In this document: positions 37,211-49,116 of the stretch, piece by piece
Numbering within the stretch: the first letter of the stretch is position 1
Layout: every line of letters begins with the position of its first letter
Origin: Azolla caroliniana
Lineage: Eukaryota > Plantae > Polypodiophyta
DNA: 64,000 nt
Assembly (NCBI GenBank): GCA_043228905.1
Contig: JBHGNT010000018.1
Span: 4,402,001 to 4,466,000, forward strand
Reading direction: 5' to 3'
The notes under the pieces: model-generated
Databases searched by the model: none
Told to the model about the DNA's origin: nothing
The model's input: only the letters and a program-made list of their open reading frames with translations
Translations under genes and position numbers: made by a program

Positions 37211-39432
37211 GTTCGAGCCGACAACGGTGGAGAGTATTGAGGGCAATTTAAGGAGTACTGCTAGTCGAAAGGAATTCAACTCGAATTCACCGTACCAAAG
37301 ACGCCAGAACTAAACGGGTTGGGCGAAAGAATGGACCGAACCGCAATGGTGAGAGTCTGGAGCATGCTTGCACATGCCAAGCTGCCCAAGACATTTTAGG
37401 TTGAGGCGCTGATGATGGCAACGTACGTGATAAAAAAATCACCCTCAACGCCCTCGGAAGGAAACGTACCACAGACAGTGTGGATTGGCAAAGACGTCTC
37501 ATACTGGCATCTGAAGGGCGTTCGACTATTTTGCCTATGTGCACATCACAAAGGAAAAACGGGGAAAACTAGACCCGAAAACTCGGCCCTGCATATTCCT
37601 TGGATAAGGTGATGATGAGTTTGGCTATTGGTTGTGGGACGTAGCCGAGAAGAAAGTGATCTGAAGTAGAGACAAGACCATCGCCGATTGGGAGTCGAAG
37701 AAGAAGTAGTATCCTCCGGATCGACCGATAGAGATCAGTTGGAAGATACAAGGATCTATCCAGTTGAAAGTGGGATGTTAGTTGAAGACCATACTGAACC
37801 GGCCAAATTTGGACAACGAACCAAACCGGCCAAAGAAGGGTCGGATGCCGGAATCGGAAAAGAGTTCGAATCGGATTCAGATGAAGAACCGACGGTAGAA
37901 AATCAAGGAAGAAGATACCCTCTTAGAGAGAGAAGAGGCCCCCGGAGATTTCCATATGCAGAGCATGTATTGCTGACCAACGAGGGAGAGTCGGAAAGCT
38001 TTGAAGAAGCAAAGAAAGACACCCACAACCACAGGTGGTTGAATGCCATGGAGGATGAGATGGATTCCCTGCATGAGAACCACACATACAAATTGACAGA
38101 GTTGCCGAAGGGAAAAGGAGTGCTTCGGAACAAGTGGGTGGTGTACAAACTAAAACCGGGAGACACCGAAAATCCACCAAGGTACAAAGCCCTCATCATT
38201 GTGAAGGGTTTCCAACATAAGAAAGGTGTGGATTTTGATGAGATCTTTGCTCTGGTAGTCAAGATGACATCCATCTGGAATATGTTGAGCATAACGGCAA
38301 GCATGGACCTCGAGGTCGAGCAGCTAGATGTCAAGACGACGTTCCTACATGGGGACCTTGAGGAGGAGATCTACATGCAACAACCGGAGGGATTTGTCAA
38401 GAAAGGGAAGGAGAACTTGGTGTGTTGGTTGAAGAAGAGCTTATACAGACTGAAACAAAGCTCCCCGGCAATGGTACCAACAGTTCGACTCCTTCATGAC
38501 CAACCAAGGATACCACAAGATGTAGGCCGACCACTGCGTGTTCGTGAAGAATTTTGATGGAGGAGACTTCCTAATTCTCCTACTGTACATGGATGACATG
38601 TTGATCATTGGACGAGATCGTATCAAAATCAGAATGCTGAAAAAGGCCCTGAGGCGGTCCTTCTCAATGAAAGATATGGGTCTGACGAGACAAATCCTGG
38701 GGATGCATATAATCCGAGACTGGACGAACAAGCTATTGTGGTTGTCACAAGAAAAGTATGTGACAAAGGTGCTTCGAAGGTTCACCATGTCGGATGCGAA
38801 GCCAATATGGTGAACACTTCCGAAAAACTACAAGCTATTGAAATTCCGTGCTCGGCCACAACCGAGGAACAGGATCGATTCACAGAAAACGGGAAATACA
38901 ACAATGCACGAAAGACAATAGAGAGAAAGGTACACTGGATGTTTTACGTGGAAAACCCTAAATGGGAAAAACCACGGGAGCCTCAAACTCCAACTATCAC
39001 TATGAACAGGGATGTACACTGGTGAAGCTACAAGGCAACAACCTTGAGCTCACTGTCTTCGCCACAGGCGGCGGCAATACACAGAGGCAACGACCTCTTC
39101 GTCTCTCTCTCTCTCTCTCTCTCGGCTGCTCTCACTTCGCATGAAAATTAAGCAACAACCTCGTAAAACTGTTTGCCCTAAGTCACATTTATACATATAT
39201 GACTTTCGGGATATTTACAAATATAGCCCTGCATCCGGATCTCTCTCTCCGGGTACATTCGTCATCCGGCTCCGCAGCCGGGGTCTTCATCATCCGGATC
39301 CGTATCCGGGTACTCTTCATCCGGCTTCATGCCGGGTACTCTTCATCCGGTTCCGTAACCGCAACCGGGCTTGCCGTCATTCATCTCCGGACATCCCATC
39401 CGGAGGGACCGTAATCCCAACAAACTCCCCCT

Positions 39433-40779
39433 TCACTTCGGCATGGGATGTCTCTCCAATCCGATCCTCTTCCGGCATGCTTCCAGCTTGTCGGGTGTGA
39501 GCACCTTGGTCAGCATATCCGACCCGTTCTCGTCAGTGTGGATCTTCGTCAGCACGAACTCCTCGTCTTCTATCCTCTCCCGGATCCAGTGGTATCTCCG
39601 CTGGATGTGTTTCGTCCGGGAATGGTAGGCCGCGTTCTTCGCAAGGTGGATGGCACTCTGACTGTCGCAGTAGAGCCGGTACTCCTCCTGTTGGATACCG
39701 AGCTCTCTAATGAAGTCCTTCATCCATATTATTTCCTTGCCGGCTTCAACAGCTGCCATGTACTCCGCCTCCGTGGTTGACAACGCAACCGTCTTCTGCA
39801 GCCTCGACTGCCACGAAACGGCTCCCCCTGCATAGGTCATCACATACCCTGATGTGGACCGGCTGGTATCTGCATCAGCCGACATATCCGAATCGGTGAA
39901 GCCGTCGAGTTGGGGCTTACCGGAGCCGAATCGAAGGCACACGTTTGCCGTGCCCTTCAGGTATCGGAGTGTCCACTTGACCGCGTTCCAATGCTCTTTG
40001 CCAGGATTGCTCATGTACCGGCTTACCACTCCGACTGCATATCCTATGTCCGGTCTCGTACACACCATGGCGTACATCAAGCTCCCGACGGCTGAGGCAT
40101 ACGGCACTTTCATCATATCCTCCTTCTCAGCCTTTGTCTTGGGGCTCTGCTTGCTGGACAACTTGCAGTTTGCTGGGAGGGTTGACCCGACCGGTCTTGC
40201 TTCCGACATGTTGAACCGGTGAAGCACCTTCGTCACGTACTTCTCCTGTGACAGCCACAACTGCTTCTTCTTCCGGTCCCGGATGATGTGCATCCCTAGT
40301 ATTTTCCTTGCCGGACCCAGGTCCTTCATTGAGAAGGTTTGGTGAAGAGCCTTCTTCAGCATCCGTATCTTGACCTGGTCCCGTCCGACGATCAACATGT
40401 CGTCCACGTACAGGAGGAGTATTAGAAAGTCTCCTCCTTCGAACTTCTTCACAAACACGCAGTGGTCGGACTGCGTTTTGAGGTACCCTTCGTCGGTCAT
40501 GAAGGAGTCGAACTTCCGGTACCATTGCCGGGGAGCCTGCTTCAATCCGTAAAGGCTCTTCTTCAACCGGCATACCAGGTGCTCCTTCCCTTTCTTCTCG
40601 AATCCTTCCGGTTGCTGCATGTAGATCTCTTCATCGAGGTCACCGTGAAGGAATGCCGTCTTCACGTCCATCTGTTCTACCTCGAGGTCCATGCTTGCCG
40701 CTATGCTCAGCACCGTCCGGATAGAGGTCATCTTCACTACCGGGGCAAATATCTCGTCGAAGTCGACGCCCTTCTTCTG
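39433..40779 (-). CDS. Copia E reverse transcriptase-RNase H, in frame after the TAG
   Basis: QMDVKTAFLHG, LYGLKQAPRQW, LLYVDDML, CDSQSAIHLAKN..HSRTKHI. Confidence 0.9.
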   Translation of the reverse strand, partial: QKKGVDFDEIFAPVVKMTSIRTVLSIAASMDLEVEQMDVKTAFLHGDLDEEIYMQQPEGFEKKGKEHLVCRLKKSLYGLKQAPRQWYRKFDSFMTDEGYLKTQSDHCVFVKKFEGGDFLILLLYVDDMLIVGRDQVKIRMLKKALHQTFSMKDLGPARKILGMHIIRDRKKKQLWLSQEKYVTKVLHRFNMSEARPVGSTLPANCKLSSKQSPKTKAEKEDMMKVPYASAVGSLMYAMVCTRPDIGYAVGVVSRYMSNPGKEHWNAVKWTLRYLKGTANVCLRFGSGKPQLDGFTDSDMSADADTSRSTSGYVMTYAGGAVSWQSRLQKTVALSTTEAEYMAAVEAGKEIIWMKDFIRELGIQQEEYRLYCDSQSAIHLAKNAAYHSRTKHIQRRYHWIRERIEDEEFVLTKIHTDENGSDMLTKVLTPDKLEACRKRIGLERHPMPK

Positions 40780-43509
40780 CTAGAACCCCTTCACCACGAT
40801 CCTGGCTTTGTATCTCTGGGGGTTTCCGGCATCTCCCGGTTTCAGCTTGAACACCCACTTGTTTCGAAGTGCCCGCTTTCCTTTCGGCAACTCCACAAGT
40901 TCATATGTGTGGTTCTCATGCAGGGAATCCATCTCCTCCTGCATGGCACTTAACCACCTGCGGCTCTGGGTGTCGTGCTTTGCTTCTTCAAAGCTCTCCG
41001 GCTCCCCCTCGTCGGTTAGCAGCACGTGCTCTGGTTCCGGAAATCTCCGGGGGGCCCTTCTCTCTCTTAGAGGATATCTCCGTTCGGGAGCTTCGGTAAC
41101 CGGTTCTTCCGATTCTTCTTCTTCATCCGAATCCATTTCGGGATCGGGGCCGGTTCCGGTATCATTTTCATCTTCTTCGGCCGGTTCTGTTTCTTCACCG
41201 TCTTCGGCCGGGTCTTCGAGTGTTAACCGGTCCCTTGCCGGTCGGGACTGCTCCTCGTAGAGTTTATCCTCACCGGTCGACTTGGAGCTCTTCATCTTCT
41301 TCTCCGACTCCCAGTCGGCGAGCGTCTTGTCCTCCATGAAAATGATATCTCGACTCCTGAATATCTTCTTGTCGACCGGGTCCCATACTCGGTAGCCGAA
41401 CTCGTCGTCGCCGTAACCGAGGAATATGCATGGCCGGGTCTTTGGATCTAACTTTCCTCTCCGGTCCTTTGCCACATGCACGTATGTGAGACACCCGAAC
41501 ACCTTCAGATGCCGGTAGGACACTTCCTTACCGGTCCACACTTTCTGCGGCGTGTCTCCGTCCAAAGGTACTGAGGGTGATCTATTTATCACATACGTCG
41601 CCGTCGACATTGCCTCAGCCCAAAATCCCTTGGGTAGTTTCGCATGCGCTAGCATACTCCGGACCCTCTCCATTATGGTCCGGTTCATCCTCTCGGCCAG
41701 CCCGTTCAGTTCCGGCGTCTTCGGCACAGTAAAGTCGAGCCGGATTCCCTTCGAGCGACAGTACTCCTGGAACTGCCCCCGGTATTCCCCTCCGTTATCC
41801 GCTCGTATCGCTTTCAGCTTCTTGCCGGATTCTCTTTCCACTCTCGCGTGGAGTTCTCTGAAGACGGACAACACTTGGTCCTTTGTCTTCAACGGTGCCG
41901 TCCACAGCTTCCGGCTGTGATCATCAATGAATGTCACGAAGTACTGGGCTCCGCCATGTGACTTCGTTTCTACCTGACACACATCAGTGTGCACCAGCTC
42001 CAAGGGTGCGCTACGTCTCGTCTGTGGCCTTGAGTGGAAGGAGGTCCGGTTTTGCTTACCGGCCAGGCAGTCGGTGCACTTCTCCAGGTGCACATGCTTC
42101 ACTGGAATAAGGTTGTCTTCTGCAAGCCTCTTCATCCCCTTATCACTCATGTGGCACAGTCTTTTGTGCCACAGCTCACCGGCAGTGTCGGCTGCTACAT
42201 TCAGCTCTTCCGGACATAACCGGGCATTCATCAGGTACAGAGTGTTGACCTTCCGGGCCCGAGCCACTATCAGGCTCCCCTTGCTGAACTTCATTACGCC
42301 GTTCCGGATGCTACCCGTGTAGCCTTCATCATCTAGCCTCCCGGCCGAGATCAGGTTCAATCGGACCTCCGGAACGTGTCGCACATCCTTCAACAGCATC
42401 TTGCATCCGGTTGATGTCATCAGCCACACGTCTCCTATACCGGCAATTCGGCATGTACCTTCATTTCCCATCCGGACAAAACCGTGCTCACCGGCTGTGT
42501 AGGATGAGAAGTATTTCTTCTCCGGGGTCAGGTGGAACGACGCTCCGGAATCGACCACCCAGGTCATCTCTACGCCGGCAAGGTTCAGCTCCCTCTCTTC
42601 GGTAATGAGCATTATCTCTTCTTCACTTGCCGCGAGTGCCGTCGTTCCTTTCCGGTCCTGCCCTCGCCGATCCGGACCTCTCCGGTCCGTGGCTCCCCGG
42701 TATGCACCGTTTCTCTCCGGTGACTTCTTCGAATCGGTGTCGTCGGCTCCGTTGTCCTTTCGGTAATGCCGACAATTCTTCCGGAAGTGCCCCGGCTTCC
42801 CACAGTGGAAGCAAATGGGTCTTCCTCTTGACTGCGACCGGGTCCCCGACTTCTCCCGTCTTTGCGGACTCCGGTTCCAGTGTCTTCCCCGTTCCGATTC
42901 GGTAAGCAGCGCCTTCGAGTCGGAGGCCGGTTCTTTATCTCTCCGACGCGCTTCTTCATTTAGAATGCTTGTCTTTACCGTTTGTAGGGACAAGTTGTCT
43001 TCCGTGCAGGAGGTGCTGAGAGTCACCACCAAGTTCTCCCAGCTGTCCGGCAATGTACACATCAGGATGATGGCTTGCATTGCATCCTCCAACGGGAACT
43101 TGATCGCCGCAAGCTGGTTCACGAATCCCATGAACGTGCTTACGTGTTCCACCATACTCTCGCCGTCCCGGTACTTGAGGTTCACTATCTTTCTCATCAG
43201 GGAGGTCCGGTTCAACGCATTCTTCCTCTCATAGAGGCCCGACAGCTTCTTCCACATCTCATAGGCGTTCGTATCGTTCGCCACATGTTGCAGGACACTT
43301 ACATCGACATATTGCCGGATCGTCGCTACTGCTTTCCGGTTCAGGAGCTTCCACTCCGACTCAAGTACTCCCTTCGGTATTTCCGACCTGTCAATCGGTT
43401 CGTACAGGTCCCGAACAATCAGAAGATCCTCCATCTTGATCTTCCAGTCGGCGTAATTCTGCACATTCAGCACCATCATTCCCGGCTGCCCGCTACCGCC
43501 GCCTTCCAT
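40780..43509 (-). CDS. Copia E gag-protease-integrase (909 aa, ends at an in-frame TAG)
   Basis: CCHC knuckle CFHCGKPGHFRKNC, DSGAS protease, HHCC/DDE integrase, YKARIVVKGF. Confidence 0.93.
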   Translation of the reverse strand: MEGGGSGQPGMMVLNVQNYADWKIKMEDLLIVRDLYEPIDRSEIPKGVLESEWKLLNRKAVATIRQYVDVSVLQHVANDTNAYEMWKKLSGLYERKNALNRTSLMRKIVNLKYRDGESMVEHVSTFMGFVNQLAAIKFPLEDAMQAIILMCTLPDSWENLVVTLSTSCTEDNLSLQTVKTSILNEEARRRDKEPASDSKALLTESERGRHWNRSPQRREKSGTRSQSRGRPICFHCGKPGHFRKNCRHYRKDNGADDTDSKKSPERNGAYRGATDRRGPDRRGQDRKGTTALAASEEEIMLITEERELNLAGVEMTWVVDSGASFHLTPEKKYFSSYTAGEHGFVRMGNEGTCRIAGIGDVWLMTSTGCKMLLKDVRHVPEVRLNLISAGRLDDEGYTGSIRNGVMKFSKGSLIVARARKVNTLYLMNARLCPEELNVAADTAGELWHKRLCHMSDKGMKRLAEDNLIPVKHVHLEKCTDCLAGKQNRTSFHSRPQTRRSAPLELVHTDVCQVETKSHGGAQYFVTFIDDHSRKLWTAPLKTKDQVLSVFRELHARVERESGKKLKAIRADNGGEYRGQFQEYCRSKGIRLDFTVPKTPELNGLAERMNRTIMERVRSMLAHAKLPKGFWAEAMSTATYVINRSPSVPLDGDTPQKVWTGKEVSYRHLKVFGCLTYVHVAKDRRGKLDPKTRPCIFLGYGDDEFGYRVWDPVDKKIFRSRDIIFMEDKTLADWESEKKMKSSKSTGEDKLYEEQSRPARDRLTLEDPAEDGEETEPAEEDENDTGTGPDPEMDSDEEEESEEPVTEAPERRYPLRERRAPRRFPEPEHVLLTDEGEPESFEEAKHDTQSRRWLSAMQEEMDSLHENHTYELVELPKGKRALRNKWVFKLKPGDAGNPQRYKARIVVKGF

Positions 43510-44263
43510 CTTCTGTGTTACCGTCGCTCTGATACCACTTTATTGAAATTCCGTGCTCGGCCACAACCGAGGAACAGGATCGATTCACAGAAAACGGGAA
43601 ATACAACAATGCACGAAAGACAATAGAGAGAAAGGTACACTGGATGTTTTACGTGGAAAACCCTAAATGGGAAAAACCACGGGAGCCTCAAACTCCAACT
43701 ATCACTATGAACAGGGATGTACACTGGTGAAGCTACAAGGCAACAACCTTGAGCTCACTGTCTTCGCCACAGGCGGCGGCAATACACAGAGGCAACGACC
43801 TCTTCGTCTCTCTCTCTCTCTCTCTCTCGGCTGCTCTCACTTCGCATGAAAATTAAGCAACAACCTCGTAAAACTGTTTGCCCTAAGTCACATTTATACA
43901 TATATGACTTTCGGGATATTTACAAATATAGCCCTGCATCCGGATCTCTCTCTCCGGGTACATTCGTCATCCGGCTCCGTAGCCGGGGTCTTCATCATCC
44001 GGATCCGTATCCGGGTACTCTTCATCCGGCTTCATGCCGGGTACTCTTCATCCGGTTCCGTAACCGCAACCGGGCTTGCCGTCATTCATCTCCGGACATC
44101 CCATCCGGAGGGACCGTAATCCCAACACAAGCTGACCGGGAAACAAAGCCCAAAGACAAAGCCGGAGAGGCCGGAGAAGTCTGAGATGATGAAGGTACCA
44201 TACGCCTCTGCAGTCAGAAGTCTGGTGTATGCCATGGAGTGTACTAGACCGGACATAGGATAT

Positions 44264-47200
44264 TGTTGGGAATAGACCTCGGCCACAACCGAGCCTTTAA
44301 ACTTAATGAAAGAACAAAAAACAAAAGTGGAGGTTCGTACACTTACACCGAAGAGATGATACAAGATGTTTACGTGGAAAACCCTAAGAGGGAAAAAACC
44401 ACGAGAGACCACAAGCTCCAACTATCACTATATGAGGAAGGAGGTACAATAGAAGACTCAGAGGCAACGACCTCGTGCTCTATGTCTTTGCCAACTGATG
44501 GTTACAATAGAAACTAAATTTGTATCTCACACTCTCTCTCTTTCTCACGTTCTATGTACAACGATGATACAACAACTACAGTAAAATGATTTCCCTAAGT
44601 CATATTTATACTTATATGAATTTTGGGCTATTTACAAATATAGCCTCAATAGGCTCACCATGAAACATATTTACACATATATCCTTCGATTCGGTTTGCA
44701 CCGGATCCATCTAGATTCACTCGATCTGGTTTCTGGGTCTCATCCGGAACCCTTCCGGATCCGGTCCTTCATCCGACTCGTCTGGTTCTCATCCGGATCC
44801 CATTCGGAGGGACCTAATTCCCAACAAACTCCCCCTTCACTCCGGCATGGGATTTCTGTTAGTCTGATTCGTCTTCGGCACGTGTCCAGCTTGTCGGTTA
44901 AAAGCACCTTCGTCAACATATCCAATACATTCTCCTTTGTGTGGATCTTCGTCAGCACGAAGTCTTGATCTTCTACCTTCCCCCGGAGCCAATGATATCT
45001 TCTCTAGATGTGTTTGGTCTGGGAATGGTAGGCCACATTCTTCGCAAGGTAGATGGCACTTTGATTGTCGTAGTAGAGCCGGAATTCCTCTTCTTGGATC
45101 CCTAGCTCTCCAATAAAGTCCTTCATCCAGATTACTTCCTTGCCGGCTTCCGCAGTTGCCATGTACTCCGCTTCCGTTGTCGATAGTGCAACGGACTTCT
45201 GCAACCTCGACTGTCACGATACGGCTCCTCCTACATAAGTCATGGCATATCCGAATGTAGACCGGTCGATATTTGCATCAACCAACATATCCGAATCGGT
45301 AAATCCGTCCAGTAGGGGTTTATCGGAGCCAAACCGGAGGCACATACTCGAGGTGCCTTTCAGATACCAAAGTATCCACTTCACCGCGTTCCAGTGCTCT
45401 TTTCCCAGATTACTCATGAACCGGTTAACTACTCCAACAACATATGCAATATCCGGCCAGGTGCACACCATTGCTTAAATCAAGCTTCCGACGGCAGAGG
45501 CATATAGTATCTTCATCATAGCTGACTTCTCTACCTTCGTCCTCGGGATCTGTTTTCCGGACAACTTGCAATTCACCAGCAGTGTTGAACCAACTGGCTT
45601 TGCGTCTGCCATGTTGAACCTCTGAAGCACCTTCGTCACGTACTTCTCTTGTGACAGCCACAACATCTTCTTCGACCGGTCCCGGATAATGTGCATCCCC
45701 AAAATCTGTCTTGCCAGACCCAAATCTTTCATTGAGAAGATCCAGTTCTAGGCCTTCTTCAACATTCAGATCTTGATTTGGTCTCGTCTGACGATTAGCT
45801 TGTCGTCCACGTACAGAAGGAGTATTTGGAAGTCTCCTCCATTGAAGTTCTTCACAAATACACAGTGATCAGCTTGTGTCTTGTGGTACCCTTGTTCGGT
45901 CATGACGGAGTCAAACCGGTATATTGCTAGGGAGCTTGCTTCAATCCGTATAAGCTCTTCTTCAGCCGGCACACCAGGTGCTCCTTCCCTTTCTTATCAA
46001 ATCCTTCCGGTTGTTGCATGTAGATTTCTTCCTCGAGTTCACCATGAAGGAGCATCGTCTTGATGTCCAACTGCTCGACCTCGAGGTCCATGCTTGTTGT
46101 TATGCTCAATACCGTTTGAATGGATGTCATCTTTACAACCAGGGCTAAGATCTCATCAAAATCCACACCTTTCTTCTGCTAAAACCCCTTCACCACGATC
46201 CGGGCTTCGTACCTTAGTGGATTTCCGACATCTCCCGGTTTCAACTTGTACACCCACTTGTTCCGGAGTGCCCTCTTTCCTTTCGTCAGCTCATATGTAT
46301 GGTTCTCCTGCAAAGAATCCATCTCATCCTGTGTGGCACTTAACCACTTGCGGTTGTGCGTGTCTTTCTTTGCTTCCTCGAAGCTTTCCGGCTCCCCCTC
46401 GTCGGTCAGCAGCACATTAGCTACATCCGGAAATCTCCGGGGGGTCCTTCTCTCTTTGAGAGGATATCTCCAACCTTGGTTTTCAGCAATCGGTTCCTCC
46501 GTCTGTCCCTCATCCTCATCTGATTCGGGATCTTGTCCGGTTCCAGTGTCTTCTTCTTCTTCTTCGGTCAGTTCAGTTTCTTGTCCGAATTTGACCAGTT
46601 CGTCGAGTGTCATCCAGTTACCGGCTAACATCCAGTTTCCAACCGGGTAAGTCCTTGTGTCCTCAAACCGGTTTTCATTTGACGATCCGGAGTTCTTCAC
46701 CTTCTTCTCCGACTCCCAGTTGTAATGGTCATGTCTTCCATGAAGACTATATCCCGACTCCGAAACACCTTCTTGTCAACCAGGTCCCACACTCGATAAC
46801 CAAACTCATCATCGTCGTATCCAAGGAATATGAATGGTCGGGACTTCAGGTCCAACTTTGCTCTCTTGTCCTTTGTGACATGCACATATGCGAGACACCT
46901 GAACACCTTCAGATACCGGTAAGACACGTCTTTACCAGTCCATACTCTCTATGTTGTGTCTCCTTCCAAGGGTGCCGAGGGTGATATGTTAATCACGTAC
47001 GTCACCATCATCATCGCCTCAGCCCAAAACGTCTTGGATAACTTTGCATGTGCTAGCATGCTTCGGAAAGAGGTTCTGTTTTGCTTCCCGGTCAAGCAAT
47101 CAGTGCACTTATCAAGATGCACGTCTTTCACCTCCGAAATGAGGTTATCTTCGGCAAGTCTTCTCATCCCCTTCTGGCTCATGTGGCACAGTCTCTTGTG

Positions 47201-49116
47201 CCACAGCTCATCGGCAATGTTGGATGCTACATTCACTTCTTCCCGGCATATACGGTCATGCATTAGATACATCGTGTTGATCTTTCGGGCTCGCACCATA
47301 ATTAGGCTTCCCTTGCTGAACTCCGTGACTCCGTTCCGGATGCTACCCATGTAGCCTTCATGATCTAGCTGACCTGCTGATATTAGGTTCAACCGAACCT
47401 CTAGAACATGTTAGACATCTTTTACCAACAACTTGCATCCGGTTGATGTCGTCAACAACACATCTCCTATGCCGATGATTCGGCAGGTCCTTTCATTCCC
47501 CATCCGGACACAACCATGATCTTCGGCTGTGTAGGATGAGAAGCATCTCTGGTCTGGTGTCAGGTGGAACGACGCTCCGGAATCGACAACCCACATTGTC
47601 TCGTCGCCGACAATGTTGAACTCATTCTCCTCTGTGATGAGCAACAATTCTTCTTCACTTGTCGCGATTGCCGACATTCCCTTTCGATCCGAACAGTTCC
47701 GGTCCAAACCGTTCCGGTCTGAACTCTTCTTCAAATCGGCACCGTCAGTTCCTTTCTCTTTCCGGAAATGTCGACAGTTCTTCTAGAAGGGCCCTGTCTT
47801 CCCACAATAGAAGCAAGTAGGCCTCCCCCTTTGACTTCGACCTTGTCCCCAAATTTTCCCGATTCTGGGAACTTCGGTTTCGGTTTCTCCCTCATTGTGT
47901 GTCGGATTCGGAAATCAGGGCTTTTGAGTTGGAGATCACTTCCTTGTCTTTCCAACGTGCCTCTTCATCTAGCAAGCTCGACTTCACTCTTGCTAGGGAT
48001 AATTGCTTTCCTTCCGGCCCGGCGTTGCCCAAAGTGAGAACTAGCGTCTCCCAGCTATCCGGGAGGGAACCGAACAATAGCAACGCAAGTACCTCATCGG
48101 CCAGAGGTACTTCCAATGAGGTGGCTTGATTTATGAGCCCATGGAAGGCATTCATGTGCTCCCCCATACTAGAGCCATCTTGATATCTGGTCTCACCAGC
48201 TTCCGGAAAACTGAGACTCAATTCACGGCCTTCTTGTTTTGGAACATGATGCCTACCTTCTCCTAGAGTTCATGAGCCTTGCTTTCTTCATTGAAGCTGT
48301 TGTACAGGCTCATGTCGATGAAGCATCTGATGTATGTCGTCGTCTTCATGTGCATCACCTCCCATGTCGTGGCATCAATCTTGTTCGGTTTCTTGTCCCC
48401 GAACTGTACCGACAACCAGAGATATTTGACCACGAGCATGTCCCTCATCTTCGACTTCCACACTGGGTAGTTGGAGCTGGGGAGGTTGAACATGCTTCTG
48501 AATGACTCTTCCATTTTCTTGTTCGCTCTAATACCAGTTTGTGCGGAATGGAGCTCGGCCACAACTGAGCCTTTAAACTTAATGAAAGAACAAAAAACAG
48601 AGTGGAGGTTCGTACACTTACACTGAAGAGATGACACAGGATGTTTACGTGGAAAACCCTAACATGGAAAAAACCACGGGAGCCCACAAGCTCCAACTAT
48701 CACTATATGAGGAAGGAGGTACAACAGGAGACTCAGAGGCAACAACCTCGAGCTCTATGTCTTCGCCAACCGGTGGTTACAATAGAAACTAATTCTGTAT
48801 CTCACTCTTTCTCTCTTTCTCACGTTCTATGTACAACGATGATACAACAACTAGAGTAAAGTGATTTCCCTAAGTAATATTTATACTTATATGAATTTTG
48901 GTATATTTACAAATATAGCCTTAATGGGCTCACCATGAAACATATTTACACATATATCCTTGGATCCGGTTTGCACCGGATCCATCCGAATTCACTTGAT
49001 CCAGTTTCCGGGTCTCATCCAGAACCCTTTTGGATCTGGTTCCTTCATCTGGTTCGTCTAACCCGGCTCCTCTAGTTCTCATCCGGATCCCATCCGAAGG
49101 GACCGAATTCCCAACA
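44264..49116 (-). mobile_element. Full-length degenerate copia F (same family as A, D, E)
   Basis: LTRs 44264-44826 and 48540-49116 (clearly diverged). TSD GATAT (44259-44263 / 49117-49121). PBS at 48525-48536. Many stops; integrase core deleted near 47063. Confidence 0.95.

Larger units (their letters stand above)
38836..44127 (-). mobile_element. Young full-length Ty1/copia element E (Tork/Tnt1-like)
   Basis: 587-bp LTRs 38836-39422 and 43541-44127 (one substitution seen). TSD CAAGC (38831-38835 / 44128-44132). PBS TGGTATCAGAGC (complement of ~43526-43537). PPT AGGGGGAG. Confidence 0.98.

Noticed and set aside
39448-43626. Many antisense ORFs over copia E (and over A, F, G)
   Set aside because: Shadow frames of GC-rich coding sequence with no recognisable products.
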